From: an uncultured bacterium
GTDB lineage: Bacteria; Actinomycetota; Actinomycetes; S36-B12
Direction of reading: 5' to 3'
Assembly: GCA_963736365.1 (NCBI GenBank)
Contig: CAVTOM010000001.1
Location: forward strand, 15,758-79,757
Length of the DNA: 64,000 nt
Shown here in pieces: positions 34,301 to 44,418 of the stretch. The translations under genes and the position numbers were made by a program. Every line of letters begins with the position of its first letter. The first letter of the stretch is position 1. The notes below the pieces were generated by a model. It saw nothing but the letters and a program-made list of their open reading frames with translations. It was not told the DNA's origin and did not search any database.

Positions 34301-34931
34301 CCTCGACACCGAGGTGTACTCCAACACCGGCGGCCAGGCGTCCAAGTCCACCCCGCGTGCCGCCACCGCCAAGTTCGCGAGCGATGGCAAGGGGACGCGC
34401 AAGAAGGACCTCGGGCTCCTGGCGCAGGCGTACGGCGACGTGTACGTGGCGCAGATCGCCGTCGGCGCCAACGAGACGCAGACGGTGCGCGCGCTGCGCG
34501 AGGCGGTGGCGCACGACGGCCCCAGCCTCGTCATCGCGTACTCCACCTGCATCGCGCACGGCATCGACATGGGAACCTCCATGTCGCACCAGAAGCAGGC
34601 GGTCGCGTCGGGGTACTGGCCGCTGTACCGCTACCACCCGAGCCCCGAGGTGGGCACCCATCCGTTCAGCCTCGATTCCAAGAAGCCGACTGTCCCGCTG
34701 CGCGAGTTCATGGAGGCGGAGACCCGCTTCGCTGTCCTCGAGCGATCCGATCCGCTGCGCGCCGAGCACCTTCAGGTGCTCGCCCAGGCCGACATCGACG
34801 AGCGGTGGCACTACTACGAGCAGCTCGCCGGGGTGGAGCGCAGCATCCCCGTCGACGACCATGAGCTGGACCGCGGCGTCGAGGACGCCGTCGCCGAGCA
34901 GGACCGCGAGAGCGAGGGGGACGAGCGATGA
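31317..34931 (+). CDS. nifJ: Pyruvate:ferredoxin (flavodoxin) oxidoreductase, single-polypeptide NifJ type
   Basis: Intact 1204 aa. ..DGNEAVA..AIYPITPASPM.. is present, with two ferredoxin-type clusters (CIDCGKCAIVCPHAAIR, CTGCGICVDVCPARDK) and the TPP region ..GGDGWAYDIGFGGLDHV.. Confidence 0.95.
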   Translation: MTSWRCLDGNEAVALVAHRLSDVCAIYPITPASPMGEFADAWSAAGRVNLWGSVPRVIEMQSEAGAAGALHGALQKGTLATTFTASQGLLLMLPNMYKIAGELTPAVVHVAARALATHALSIFGDHSDVMAARGTGWAMLCASSVQEAHDFALVSHAATLRSRVPFLHFFDGFRTSHEVGKIALLPDADLRALVLPADVLAHRERGLTPERPVLRGTAQNPDVFFQAREAANPFYDAVPATVAQVLDELAARTGRRYGLVDYHGSPDAERVVVVMGSGAGAVREAVDVLVAAGERVGMLTVRLYRPFPTQALLDALPASVRRVAVLDRSKEPGAPAEPLHLDVSLAVQESGRAITVIGGRYGLGSKEFTPRDAAAVFTELTSPSPRPRFTVGIVDDVTRLSLTRDPDFSVPSSARSAVFFGLGSDGTVGANKSSIKIIGENTDLWAQGYFVYDSKKSGSVTVSHLRFGPDPIHSTYLVEQADFVACHQFGLLERLPVLDSARPGGTVLLNAPYPVEEVWDRLPREVQETVIDRHLEVWAVDAGRIARDVGLGSRINTVMQPCFFALSGVLEESTAVDLIKQSVEKTYGRRGRTVVERNHAAIDSALAGMHRLEVPAAASSTHRRLAVVAADAPDFVRDVTARMLAGEGDLLPVSALPVDGTFPTGTARWEKRSLAEAIPVWDASLCIDCGKCAIVCPHAAIRMKAFPEADLDGAPDGFKSKAYGGKELPAGTRLTIQVAPDDCTGCGICVDVCPARDKSEVKHKSIDLLPAAEHREAERTRFEYFLSIPEIDRAAVRQDTVKGSQLLQPLFEFSGACSGCGETPYVKLLSQQFGDRMVVANATGCSSIYGGNLPTTPWATNAAGRGPAWSNSLFEDNAEFGLGLRLGADAQHDDARRLLASLAPQVGEDLARALLDDEPAPDDEAGIVRQRERVGQLRERLAGLDIPAAVDLASLADALVPVAVWIIGGDGWAYDIGFGGLDHVLSSGRNVNVLVLDTEVYSNTGGQASKSTPRAATAKFASDGKGTRKKDLGLLAQAYGDVYVAQIAVGANETQTVRALREAVAHDGPSLVIAYSTCIAHGIDMGTSMSHQKQAVASGYWPLYRYHPSPEVGTHPFSLDSKKPTVPLREFMEAETRFAVLERSDPLRAEHLQVLAQADIDERWHYYEQLAGVERSIPVDDHELDRGVEDAVAEQDRESEGDER

Positions 34932-35929
34932 CGAACCCGCTGGAGACGAGATACCTCGGGCTCACACTTCGTGCGCCATTGGTGGCTTCTCCCTCGCCGG
35001 CGACGGGGCGACTGGACTCCCTCCTGCGGCTGGAGGAGGCGGGGGTCGGCGCGGTCGTGCTGCCGTCGCTGTTCGAGGAGGAGGTCGAGGCTGAGGCCAT
35101 CACCTTCCACGAGCGCATGGAGACCGGCGCGGGGGCGTTCAGCGAGGCGACCGGGTTCTTCCCGGACGTGGACCTCGACCACCTCGGGCTCGAGCGGCAC
35201 ATCCTGCTGGTCCAGGAGGCGGCCGAGCGACTCTCGGTTCCGGTCGTGGCCAGTGTCAACGGGCGCTCGGCCGGCGGATGGGTCCGTTACGCACGCGACC
35301 TCGTGTCGGCAGGGGCTCAGGCGATCGAGCTGAACATGTACGACGTGGCCGTCGATCCGCAGCATTCGGCACTCGACGTCGAGACGGCCTACCTCGCGCT
35401 CGTCGAGGCGGTCTGCCAGTCGGTGGACGTGCCGGTGGCGGTCAAGCTGTCGCCCTACTTCTCCTCCTTCGCGCACTTCGCGACCCAGGTGGTCGAGGCC
35501 GGGGCCGACGGACTGGTGCTCTTCAACCGCTTCTACCAGCCGGACCTCGACCTCGAGACCCTCGACGTCACCCCGCGGCTCGAGCTCTCCCGGCCCGGGG
35601 AGCTCAGGCTTCCCCTGCGGTGGATCGCGATCCTGCGTCCCCGCCTGCCTGACACGTCGTTCGCGCTGACCTCCGGCGTGGCATCCGGGGCCGACATCGC
35701 CAAGGGCCTCCTCGCGGGCGCCGACGTCGTCATGACCGCGTCCGAGGTCCTGCGCCAAGGCCCGCATCGCGCCGGCGCCATGCTCGACGAGCTGAGGGAG
35801 TGGATGCTCCTGAACGACTACTCGTCCGTGGACCAGCTGCGCGGCAGCGTCGCCCAGCACGCCGTGTCCGACCCGGGCGCCTACGAGCGGGCCCAGTACC
35901 AGCGCGTGCTGAAGTCGTGGCATCGCTGA
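34928..35929 (+). CDS. Dihydroorotate dehydrogenase-like protein (PFOR-associated)
   Basis: Its start shares an ATGA overlap with the nifJ stop. It has a TIM-barrel DHOD-like sequence (..LGLTLRAPLVASPSP..AIELNMYDV..PVAVKLSPYF..). The position of the class 1/2 DHOD ..N(L/I)S(C/S)PN.. catalytic motif reads ELNMYDVAV. Confidence 0.85.
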   Translation: MTNPLETRYLGLTLRAPLVASPSPATGRLDSLLRLEEAGVGAVVLPSLFEEEVEAEAITFHERMETGAGAFSEATGFFPDVDLDHLGLERHILLVQEAAERLSVPVVASVNGRSAGGWVRYARDLVSAGAQAIELNMYDVAVDPQHSALDVETAYLALVEAVCQSVDVPVAVKLSPYFSSFAHFATQVVEAGADGLVLFNRFYQPDLDLETLDVTPRLELSRPGELRLPLRWIAILRPRLPDTSFALTSGVASGADIAKGLLAGADVVMTASEVLRQGPHRAGAMLDELREWMLLNDYSSVDQLRGSVAQHAVSDPGAYERAQYQRVLKSWHR

Positions 35930-35955
35930 CGACCGCGCGGTGACAGAATCGGGCC

Positions 35956-36995
<1,040 letters not shown>

Positions 36996-36999
<4 letters not shown>

Positions 37000-37601
37000 G
37001 GGCGGCGCGGGCCTGGGCGCCGCTGGTCGTCGCGGTCGCCGTGGTACTCGCCGGCTGCGGCTCCGAGGAGGCGGCGGTTCCTTCACCGTCCCCGACGCCC
37101 ACCCCGACTCCGCCGTCGGTCGTGTGGGCCGGCGAGGTGTGCGTCGCCCGTGACGGCCTCACCGCCGCGGTCGGGGCGCTCGGCCGCAACCTGTCCTACG
37201 ACATCACCTCGGACCGCTCCGCGCTGGAGCAGATCGACCGCCAGCTGCGCATCCAGGTGCTGGCGGTGGCCGACAACGCCGACCGCCTGGGCCAGGCGCT
37301 GGCCGGGGTGCCGGTCGACTTCCAGGCGGCCAACGACCTCGTGGTGTCCGTCACCAAGGCGAAGGACGACACGCGCGAGGCCGTCGACCAGGTGACGACG
37401 AGTCTGGATGCGATGGTCAACGCGAACAACATCGTCACCGGGGTCGCGCAGGCCGGCGCGGCGCTCGTTGCGGCCAAGGCGGCCTTCGAGGCCGGCAGCG
37501 CGCTGGTGTCCTCGGTGGCCGACTCGACCTCCACCGCCAACGCCGAGCTGCAGGAGGCGTTCGACGCGGCGCCGCAGTGCCAGTCATCGGAGGGGTCCTA
37601 G
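36996..37601 (+). CDS. Lipoprotein, unknown function
   Basis: Its start shares a GTGA overlap with the upstream stop. The signal peptide has a lipobox (VVLAGC) followed by a Pro/Thr/Ser linker. The remainder is predicted helical, and I recognise no family. Confidence 0.65.
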
Positions 37602-37669
37602 CCGCGAGCGTGTCCGGCTTCCGCGCGCGGACTTGACCCTCACGCCGCGTCAGGCCCTACCGTCGAGGG

Positions 37670-38443
37670 ATGGACGAGATCGTCAGTCACAGCGTCGGCG
37701 AGGTGGCCCGCATGAGCGGCGTCACCATCCGCACGCTGCACCACTACGACGAGATCGGGCTGCTGCGACCGTCGCACCGCACGGCGGCTGGATATCGCCA
37801 GTACGGGCAGGAGGACGTCGAACGGCTCGCCCGGATCCTCGTCTACCGGGCCTGCGGGCTCTCGCTGCCCGAGATCGCGTCGGTCATCGATGCGTCGGGC
37901 ACGGACCGGGCGGAGCACCTGCGTCGGCAGCTCGGGCTGCTCGACGCGGCAGCGGAGCGGCTGCAGCAGCAGCGAGCGCTCCTGATCACGGCATGGGAGG
38001 CACAGCAGATGGGAATCAACCTCACTCCGGAGGAGTACTTCGAGGTGTTCGGGGACTCGGACCCGCGTCAGCACGCCGACGAGGCGCAGGAACGCTGGGG
38101 CGAGACCGACGCCTACCGCGAGTCGAACCGGCGAACGTCGTCGTACACGAAGGAGGACTGGGCTCGCCTCGGCGAGCAGTCCGGCGCGATCGAGGCCGAG
38201 CTGGCCGCCTGCCTGAGGGCGGGGGAGCCTGCGGACGGTCCGCGCGCGAGGGCGGCGGCGGAGGCGCATCGCCGGCACATCGACCGGTGGTTCTACCCGT
38301 GCTCGTACGACATGCACGTGGGACTCGCGGAGATGTACGTGGCGGATCCGCGGTTCACCGCGCACTACGACGACGTCGAGGCCGGGCTCGCGGCCTACGT
38401 GCATGAGGCGATCCTCGCGAACGCGGTGGACCGGATCGCCTAG
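37670..38443 (+). CDS. MerR family transcriptional regulator with TipAS-like C-terminal domain
   Basis: ..VGEVARMSGVTIRTLHHYDEIGLL.P..R...GYR.Y.. is the MerR HTH. The C-terminal ..ERWGETDAYRES...YPCSYDMHVGLAEMYVADPRF..YD.. is the TipAS antibiotic-recognition domain pattern. Confidence 0.9.
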   Translation: MDEIVSHSVGEVARMSGVTIRTLHHYDEIGLLRPSHRTAAGYRQYGQEDVERLARILVYRACGLSLPEIASVIDASGTDRAEHLRRQLGLLDAAAERLQQQRALLITAWEAQQMGINLTPEEYFEVFGDSDPRQHADEAQERWGETDAYRESNRRTSSYTKEDWARLGEQSGAIEAELAACLRAGEPADGPRARAAAEAHRRHIDRWFYPCSYDMHVGLAEMYVADPRFTAHYDDVEAGLAAYVHEAILANAVDRIA

Positions 38444-38452
38444 GGTCGACGG

Positions 38453-39388
38453 GTGGCCGCTGGAGATGTCCCGGACGACGGGCTGGCGCGACCCATCGCC
38501 ATGGCGGCGAGGAGTGGTGCCGGCCTGGACGACGCACTGGTACTCGGCGGTGGTGGGCTGTACTTCGTCGCGTGGCAGGTGGGATACCTGCACGCGGCAG
38601 CGCAGGCCGGCGTGGACCTGGACCGGGCGCAGCGGGTGGTGGGCACGTCTGCGGGGTCGCTCGTCGGGACGGTGCTGTGCCACGGCCGGCTCGGCTGGCT
38701 CCATCGACAGGTGGGGGCCCTGGGCCGGTTCCCCGCGCTCCTGAGCGTCATGGCTCCGGCCACGGGCCTGCGGCCCAGTCAGGAGCGCGCCCTCGCGGCC
38801 TTCGGGGCGGCCGGGGACGCCAGCATCCCGACCGTCGAGTCGATCGGCCGGGCCGCCATGGCGGCCGTGACACTCGACCCGGCGCGCGTGCGCGGGAACC
38901 TCCGGCTCGTCGTCGCCGCCCGCACCTGGCCCCGCGACACCCTCCACATCACGTGCGTCGACGCGTACACCGCGGAGCGGTGCGTGCTGACGGCGACGTC
39001 CGGCGTGCATCCCGTGCGAGCAGTGGCGGCCAGCAGCGCGGTGCCCGGGATCTTCCCGCCCCAGCCGATCGGCGACCGCCGGTGCATGGACGGCGGGGTC
39101 AGCGGCACCGGCCTGCACCTCGACCTCGTCGGCGGTGCTCGCCGGGTGGTGGTGCTCGCGCTGTCGGACGGGACGGGCGTCACCGAGCCGCGGATGACAG
39201 CGCATCCCGGGAGCATCGAGGCCGAGCTGGCGGCGCTGCGCGGGACCGGGAGCGAGGTGTTCCTCCGGACCCCGGGGCCGGTCGGGATCGAGGACCTGAT
39301 GTCTCCAGCTGCCGTGCCCGGCGCCCTGGAGTCGGGGGCGCAGCAGGCGCGCGACGACCTCGACGAGCTGCGGGCGTTCTGGGCATGA
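38453..39388 (+). CDS. Patatin-like phospholipase family protein
   Basis: It has an oxyanion Gly-rich loop (LGGGGLYF), the nucleophile GTSAG and the catalytic DGG (CMDGGV). ATG 38501 is an alternative start. Confidence 0.8.
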   Translation: MAAGDVPDDGLARPIAMAARSGAGLDDALVLGGGGLYFVAWQVGYLHAAAQAGVDLDRAQRVVGTSAGSLVGTVLCHGRLGWLHRQVGALGRFPALLSVMAPATGLRPSQERALAAFGAAGDASIPTVESIGRAAMAAVTLDPARVRGNLRLVVAARTWPRDTLHITCVDAYTAERCVLTATSGVHPVRAVAASSAVPGIFPPQPIGDRRCMDGGVSGTGLHLDLVGGARRVVVLALSDGTGVTEPRMTAHPGSIEAELAALRGTGSEVFLRTPGPVGIEDLMSPAAVPGALESGAQQARDDLDELRAFWA

Positions 39389-39961
39389 GCGGTGCACGCG
39401 TGGGGGCCGACGGCGTGGCGCGGTGCCCCTGGGGGGACTCCACCGAGGACTACCGGGCGTACCACGACACCGAGTGGGGGCGGCCGGTCCACGGCGACGA
39501 GGCGCTGTTCGAGCGGGTGACGCTCGAGGCGTTCCAGTCCGGGCTGTCGTGGCTGACGATCCTGCGCAAGCGGCCGGGGTTCCGGTCCGCCTTCGCCGGG
39601 TTCGACGCGGCCACCGTCGCACGGTTCGACCGACGATGACGTCGAGCGGCTCATGGGCGATGCGTCGATCGTGCGCAACCGACGCAAGATCGAGGCGACG
39701 GTCACGAACGCGCGTGCGCTGCTCGACCTGCAGGCGGCCGGCGGCTCGCTGGACGAGGTGGTGTGGTCGTTCGCCCCGCCGCCCCGGCCCCGGCCGATGA
39801 CCCTCGACGAGGTGCCGTCCGCCACGCCGGAGTCGACCGCCCTGAGCAGGGCCCTGAAGTCGCACGGCTTCGTCTTCGTCGGCCCGACGACGATGTACGC
39901 CGCGATGCAGGCGTGCGGCCTCGTCGACGACCACCTCGCGGACTGTCACGTCCCTCGTTGA
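39385..39961 (+). pseudogene. tag: DNA-3-methyladenine glycosylase I, frameshifted
   Basis: Its start shares an ATGA overlap with the patatin stop. ..RCPWG.....Y.AYHDTEWGRPVHGDEALFERVTLEAFQSGLSWLTILRKR.. continues after a junction near 39630 as ..DVERLMGDASIVRNRRKIEA....GPTTMYAAMQACGLVDDH...C. Confidence 0.9.
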
Positions 39962-40021
39962 GTGGCGGGTTGTGCACCCGTCCGCCCGGCGTGTCGCGTG
40001 CACAACCCGCCATTCAACGAG
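39954..40021. repeat. Palindromic intergenic repeat, copy B (inverted relative to copy A)
   Basis: CTCGTTGAGTGGCGGGTTGTGCAC, a 20-nt loop and GTGCACAACCCGCCATTCAACGAG form a 24-bp stem with 1 mismatch. The tag stop codon (39959-39961) lies inside the left arm. The element sits between convergent genes. Confidence 0.7.
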
Positions 40022-40036
40022 CTGGGGAGGGGCCGA

Positions 40037-41177
40037 TCAGGTGGCGGGGGCGGGCTCGGGTGAGGCGAGCGCATCGGCGGCCGGTCCGGGGTCCGGGTAC
40101 GGGTGCTCGGGGTCGCGACCGGTCAGGTACTTGGCCACCTTGTAGACCGCGCCGGCGATGGGCACCGCGATCAGCGCCCCGACGATGCCGAGGGCGATGC
40201 TGCCCGCGGCGATCGCGAACACGATGGCCAGCGGGTGCAGGCTGACCGCCTTGCCCATCACCAGCGGCTGGAGCACGTCGCCGTCGAAGGAGCCGACGAC
40301 GACGGTCAGGGCGATCACGAGGAGCGGCGGTGAGGGGACCCTTCTCCGCCAGGGCGACGACCGCTGCGAAGAACGTGGCGATCGGGGCTCCGATGACGGG
40401 GATGAAGGCGCCGATGAAGACCAGGGCCGAGAGTGCCGGCGCGAGGGGCACCTGCAGGATCGTCAGGCCGATGAAGACGAGGAGCGCATCGGCGAAGGCC
40501 ACCACGACGATGCCCTTCGTGTAGCCGGAGATCGCATCCCATGCCATGTGCCCGGACACGTCGATCGGCGTCTGGATCCGACCCGGCATCCAGCTGATCA
40601 GCCAGGCCCAGATCGTCGTGGGCGTCAGGAGGAAGAAGACGACGGCGTAGAAGAACACCGAGGCTGCGACGACCAGGGTGCCCACGGAGCCCAAGGCCCC
40701 CACCACGTCGCCGATCAGCCCCCCGGCGATCGTCTTGGCATAGTTCTGCGCCTCGGAGAGCAGCGAGCTGATGTTCGCATCGGTCAGCTGCAGCGGCCCG
40801 GTCTTCAGCCAGTCCTCGATCTGCGAGATGCCGCCCTGCACCGAGTCGACCAGCTTGGGTCCCTCGGAGATGGTCGAGCGGACGACGAGGCCGACCACCG
40901 CGAGGACGGCCGCGCCGATCACCAGCAGCGCGATGACCATGGAGACGACCTTGGGCAGGAACCGGTGGAGCAGGTTCATCAGCGGCTGGCTCCAGGCCGT
41001 CATGAGCAGCGCGAAGAACAGGGCGAACACCACGGGGAAGATGATGTTGAGGACGTAGCCCGCGACCACCACGCCCGCGATGACGATGAGCAGCCGCCAG
41101 GTGATGCCGGAGAGCAGCTTGAGGGTGCCGGGGACTCCGTCGGCGATCGGTTCGGGACCGGGTGCGGCGCTGCTCAT
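40037..41177 (-). pseudogene. AI-2E family transporter (PerM-like), frameshifted
   Basis: ORF 40014-41177 has multiple TM segments (..IPVIGAPIATFFAAVVALAEKGPLTAA). It then continues in the ORF 40037-40318 frame (..IALTVVVGSFDGDVLQPLVMGKAVSLHPLAIVFA..). The junction is near 40325. Confidence 0.85.
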
Positions 41178-41190
41178 GCGCCGAGACTAC

Positions 41191-41552
41191 TCAGGCGTCG
41201 AGGTGGTGGGCCGCGCGCTCGCCGATGTCGGGCATGGTGATCTCGTCGTCACTGGCCCGGGCCACGACGTAGGTCGCGTCCTCGAGGAACTTCACGCTGA
41301 AGTAGCCGCCCGGGGCAGCGTAGGTGCCGGCGTCGCCCGCGCCCGAGCACGGCGTCGTCCACCTGGATGCGTCCGGACACCACGTAGGTCACCGAGCCCT
41401 TGCTGTAGCCGTGGGCCGGCACGACGTCGCCCGCTGCGGCCGTGCACGACGGTGAGCATGGCGCCATCGGTTCGCAGGCGGGTGACCTCCGAGCCGAGGA
41501 CGTTCTTCTCCCAGGCGAGGTCATCGCCGGGGACAGGGGTGAAGGCCGACAT
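41191..41552 (-). pseudogene. Small cupin-like protein, frameshifted twice
   Basis: ATG 41552 gives MSAFTPVPGDDLAWEKNVLGSEVTRLRTDGAMLTVVHG. A second frame gives ..AAGDVVPAHGYSKGSVTYVVSGRIQVDDAVLG. A third gives ..AGDAGTYAAPGGYFSVKFLEDATYVV... ending at TGA 41191-41193. The family call is tentative. Confidence 0.55.
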
Positions 41553-41592
41553 CGGGGTCTCCTCGGTGGTGTCGGTCGGTGCGGTGCGGTCG

Positions 41593-42228
41593 TCAGTCGA
41601 TGCGGATCGAGCCGTGCGGGGTGGAGAACCAGACGGCCACGAGGCCGGGATCCTCGTCGTCCACCCAGTCGACGGTGATGGCATCCAGCGGCACATCGTG
41701 CCCGGTGCCCAGCCAGTCGGCAATCGCAGCGGGGTCGCCGCACATCTCGACCCGGTCGATGCCGACGGCGCCGCCGCCGGCCGACGGATGGTCCGAGGCC
41801 GGGCTCGACCACTGCACGAAGAACGGCAGCTGCGGGTCGTCCATGACGTCGAGCACGCCGATCTGGCGCCAGCACAGGTCATGGCCGTCAGGGCGGATCC
41901 GATGGCCGGGCCGCGCCTCGCGGCCGAGCCGGGTCTCCATCGGCACCAGGTCGTCGACTGCCACGGCCCAGCTCATCCACCCGCCGCCGTCCGCGGCGCG
42001 CTGCGCGACGGCGCGACCGAAGGGCGCCTTCTCCGCTGCCGGGTGGTCGAGCGCCGAGACGACCTCGACGTAGCAGCCGTTGGCGAGCGGCAGGATGAAG
42101 TTGCGGGTGCCGAAGGACGGGTGCCGCCCTCCGTCGACGAAGGTGGCGCCGAGGTCTCCGCCGATGCGCTGGACGACGTCGGGGAGCTCGGAGGTGGTGC
42201 AGGCATACGAGATGTGGTCGAGCCGCAT
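41593..42228 (-). CDS. VOC/glyoxalase-like domain protein
   Basis: Intact 211 aa. MRLDHISYAC......NFILPLANGCYVEVVS... is a glyoxalase-like fold pattern. Confidence 0.7.
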   Translation of the reverse strand: MRLDHISYACTTSELPDVVQRIGGDLGATFVDGGRHPSFGTRNFILPLANGCYVEVVSALDHPAAEKAPFGRAVAQRAADGGGWMSWAVAVDDLVPMETRLGREARPGHRIRPDGHDLCWRQIGVLDVMDDPQLPFFVQWSSPASDHPSAGGGAVGIDRVEMCGDPAAIADWLGTGHDVPLDAITVDWVDDEDPGLVAVWFSTPHGSIRID

Positions 42229-42305
42229 AGTCGCATCCTGCCCAATGCCTTCGCGGCCCCCGCAGTTGCCCCCCTCCTGCCGGGTTGTGTGGCAGGCTCT
42301 GCGCC

Positions 42306-43423
42306 ATGTCCGAACCCGATGTCCCCGTCACCGCATCCGTCACGGCGAAGCTCGACAAGAAGAAGTCGATCATCCTCGGCCTCATCGGACTGGCGGTGAT
42401 CGTCCTGATCTTCTGGAAGGTCATCCCGCAGATCGGCAGCTACGAGGACGCGGTGGTCGCCCTGGAGGACATGGGCGTCGCGGCGATGATCGTGATCGTC
42501 GTCTCCGTGGTCGATGTACCTGATCGCGTACGGCTTCCCCTTCATGGCCGCGACCCCCGGCCTGCGGTTCTGGCGATCGGAGCAGCTCAACCAGGCGGCG
42601 TTCGCCATCAGCAACGGCGTCCCCGCTGGCGGCGCCTTCGGCCTCGCGGTCCAGTACGCGATGCTCGCGACGTACAAGATCCCGGGAACGGTCGCGACGG
42701 CGGCGATCACTGCCGTGGGCCTGTGGAGCATCTTCGTCAGCCTCGGGCTGCCGATCCTCGGCGTCGCCGCGCTCGCGGTGGCCGGTGGCGACACCCAGTA
42801 CGCGCTGGGCGGCCGTCCTCGGCCTGGTGGTCCTCGTCGTCGCGATCGTGCGTCTTCGTGCTGGTCATGCGCTCGGAGCCGCTCGCCATCAAGGTGGGCC
42901 ACCTCGGGCAACCGCCTCGTCAAGCCCGCTGCGCCCGCGGATCAAGGCTCTGGGCGACCTCGACCTCGTGGCGCCGATCACCAAGTTCCGCGCCGACATG
43001 TACGGGCTGCTCAAGCGCCGCTGGCTCGTCATCACCCTCGCGCAGCTCGGCGTGATCATGACGCAGTTCCTGATCTTCTACGTCTCGCTGCGCGGGGTCG
43101 AGGGCTGGGGCAACGACGGCACGTCCGCGATCGCCGCCTTCGGGGCCTTCGCGACCGCGCAGATCATGCTGATGGTCCCGATCACTCCCGGCGGTCTCGG
43201 CACGGTCGACGCGGTGATCATCGCGCTGCTGCAGAGCGTGGGGACGAGCGCTGGCGACGCGACCGCGGCGGACCTGGTGTGGCGCGCGGCGTCGTACGTG
43301 CCGCAGATCATCATCGGCATCATCGCCCTGATCACCTGGTTCAAGAAGGCCAACGAGGCCTTCGCGTCGGTCGGACCGACGGCGCCGGACGCGCCGCCGG
43401 CGACAGGTGCCGCGAGTTCCTGA
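42306..43423 (+). pseudogene. Flippase-like (lysylphosphatidylglycerol synthase TM region/UPF0104) membrane protein, about 5 frameshifts
   Basis: A coherent membrane protein is obtained only by joining segments from all three + frames. The segments are ..ILGLIGLAVIVLIFWKVIPQIG.. / MYLIAYGFPF..NGVPAGGAFGLAVQYAML.. / ..FVLVMRSEPLAIKVGHLG / NRLVKP / ..LVITLAQLGVIMTQ..VPITPGGLGTVDAV.. Junctions are near 42510, 42805, 42845, 42908 and 42925. Confidence 0.7.
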
Positions 43424-43538
43424 CGACCCCCGGCGTGTCGCGCCGCGTCGCCGCGCGGCGGTCCCTAGGGTTGCACCGACCTGGTCGTCGCGGGAGGGGA
43501 AGCCTTCGACGACCAGGTCATCTTTCTATCCTGTGCCC

Positions 43539-44385
43539 GTGACTCCTTCGGCCATCGCGACGCCAGCCCCGCCCCTGGCGCCGGTTCGCCGCCCTCGGTG
43601 ACAGTTTCACCGAGGGCATGATGGACGAGACCCGGCCGGACGGACGGCATCTCGGCTGGGCTGATCGCGTCGCCCAGGTCCTGGCCGATCGTGCGGGCGC
43701 GCGGGGCGAGGGCGGCATCGAGTACGCGAACCTGGCGGTGCGCGGACGCCTGGTGCGCCAGGTGGTGGCCGAGCAGGTGCCGGCGGCCGTCAGCCTGCGT
43801 CCGGACCTTACGAGCATCGCCGTGGGCGTCAACGACACCCTGCGCCGGCGCTTCGACCTCGACCCGCTGGCGACGGCCCTGGAGAGCGCCGTGCGCGACC
43901 TGCGCGCCACCGGGTCCGACGTGCTGGTGTTCGCCTTCGGCGACCCGGCACGCCGCTCGCTGACGATGTCGCGGATCCGCGGTCGGATCGCTGCCTACAA
44001 CTCCGCGGTCGAGGCGATCGCCGAGCGCTACGGCTGCTATCGCGTCAGCTTCTGGGAGGTGGCGGCCTTCGACGACGACCGATTCTGGGACGAGGATCGC
44101 CTGCACCTGTCACCTCGCGGACACGAGCTCGCTGCCGCGTGCGCCCTGTCGGCCCTCGGCCTGGCGGACGACGGCTGGCGGACCCCGGTGGAACCGAGCC
44201 CGCGCCCCACCCTCGCCGCGCGCGGGATGGGTCACGCCCGCTGGACGCGCCGGCACCTGGCGCCCTGGGTCGTGCGCCGGATACGGGGGGAGTCGTCGGG
44301 TGACCGTATCGTGGCCGAAGCACGCGGACTGGGTACGCCTCGAAGGCCACGACGGGCGTTTGCCGCTCCCGAAAGCATGAAATAG
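43539..44385 (+). pseudogene. SGNH/GDSL hydrolase family protein, frameshifted near the 5' end
   Basis: Block I (FAALGDSFTEG), ..IAVGVNDTL.. and block V (EDRLHLS) are present. The main frame has no start codon after its upstream stop (43540). GTG 43539 in another frame would supply the start if there is a shift near 43580. The 3' end is uncertain. Confidence 0.75.
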
Positions 44386-44418
44386 ACTGCAGGTATCAGG
44401 CCACGACCGGAGGAATCC

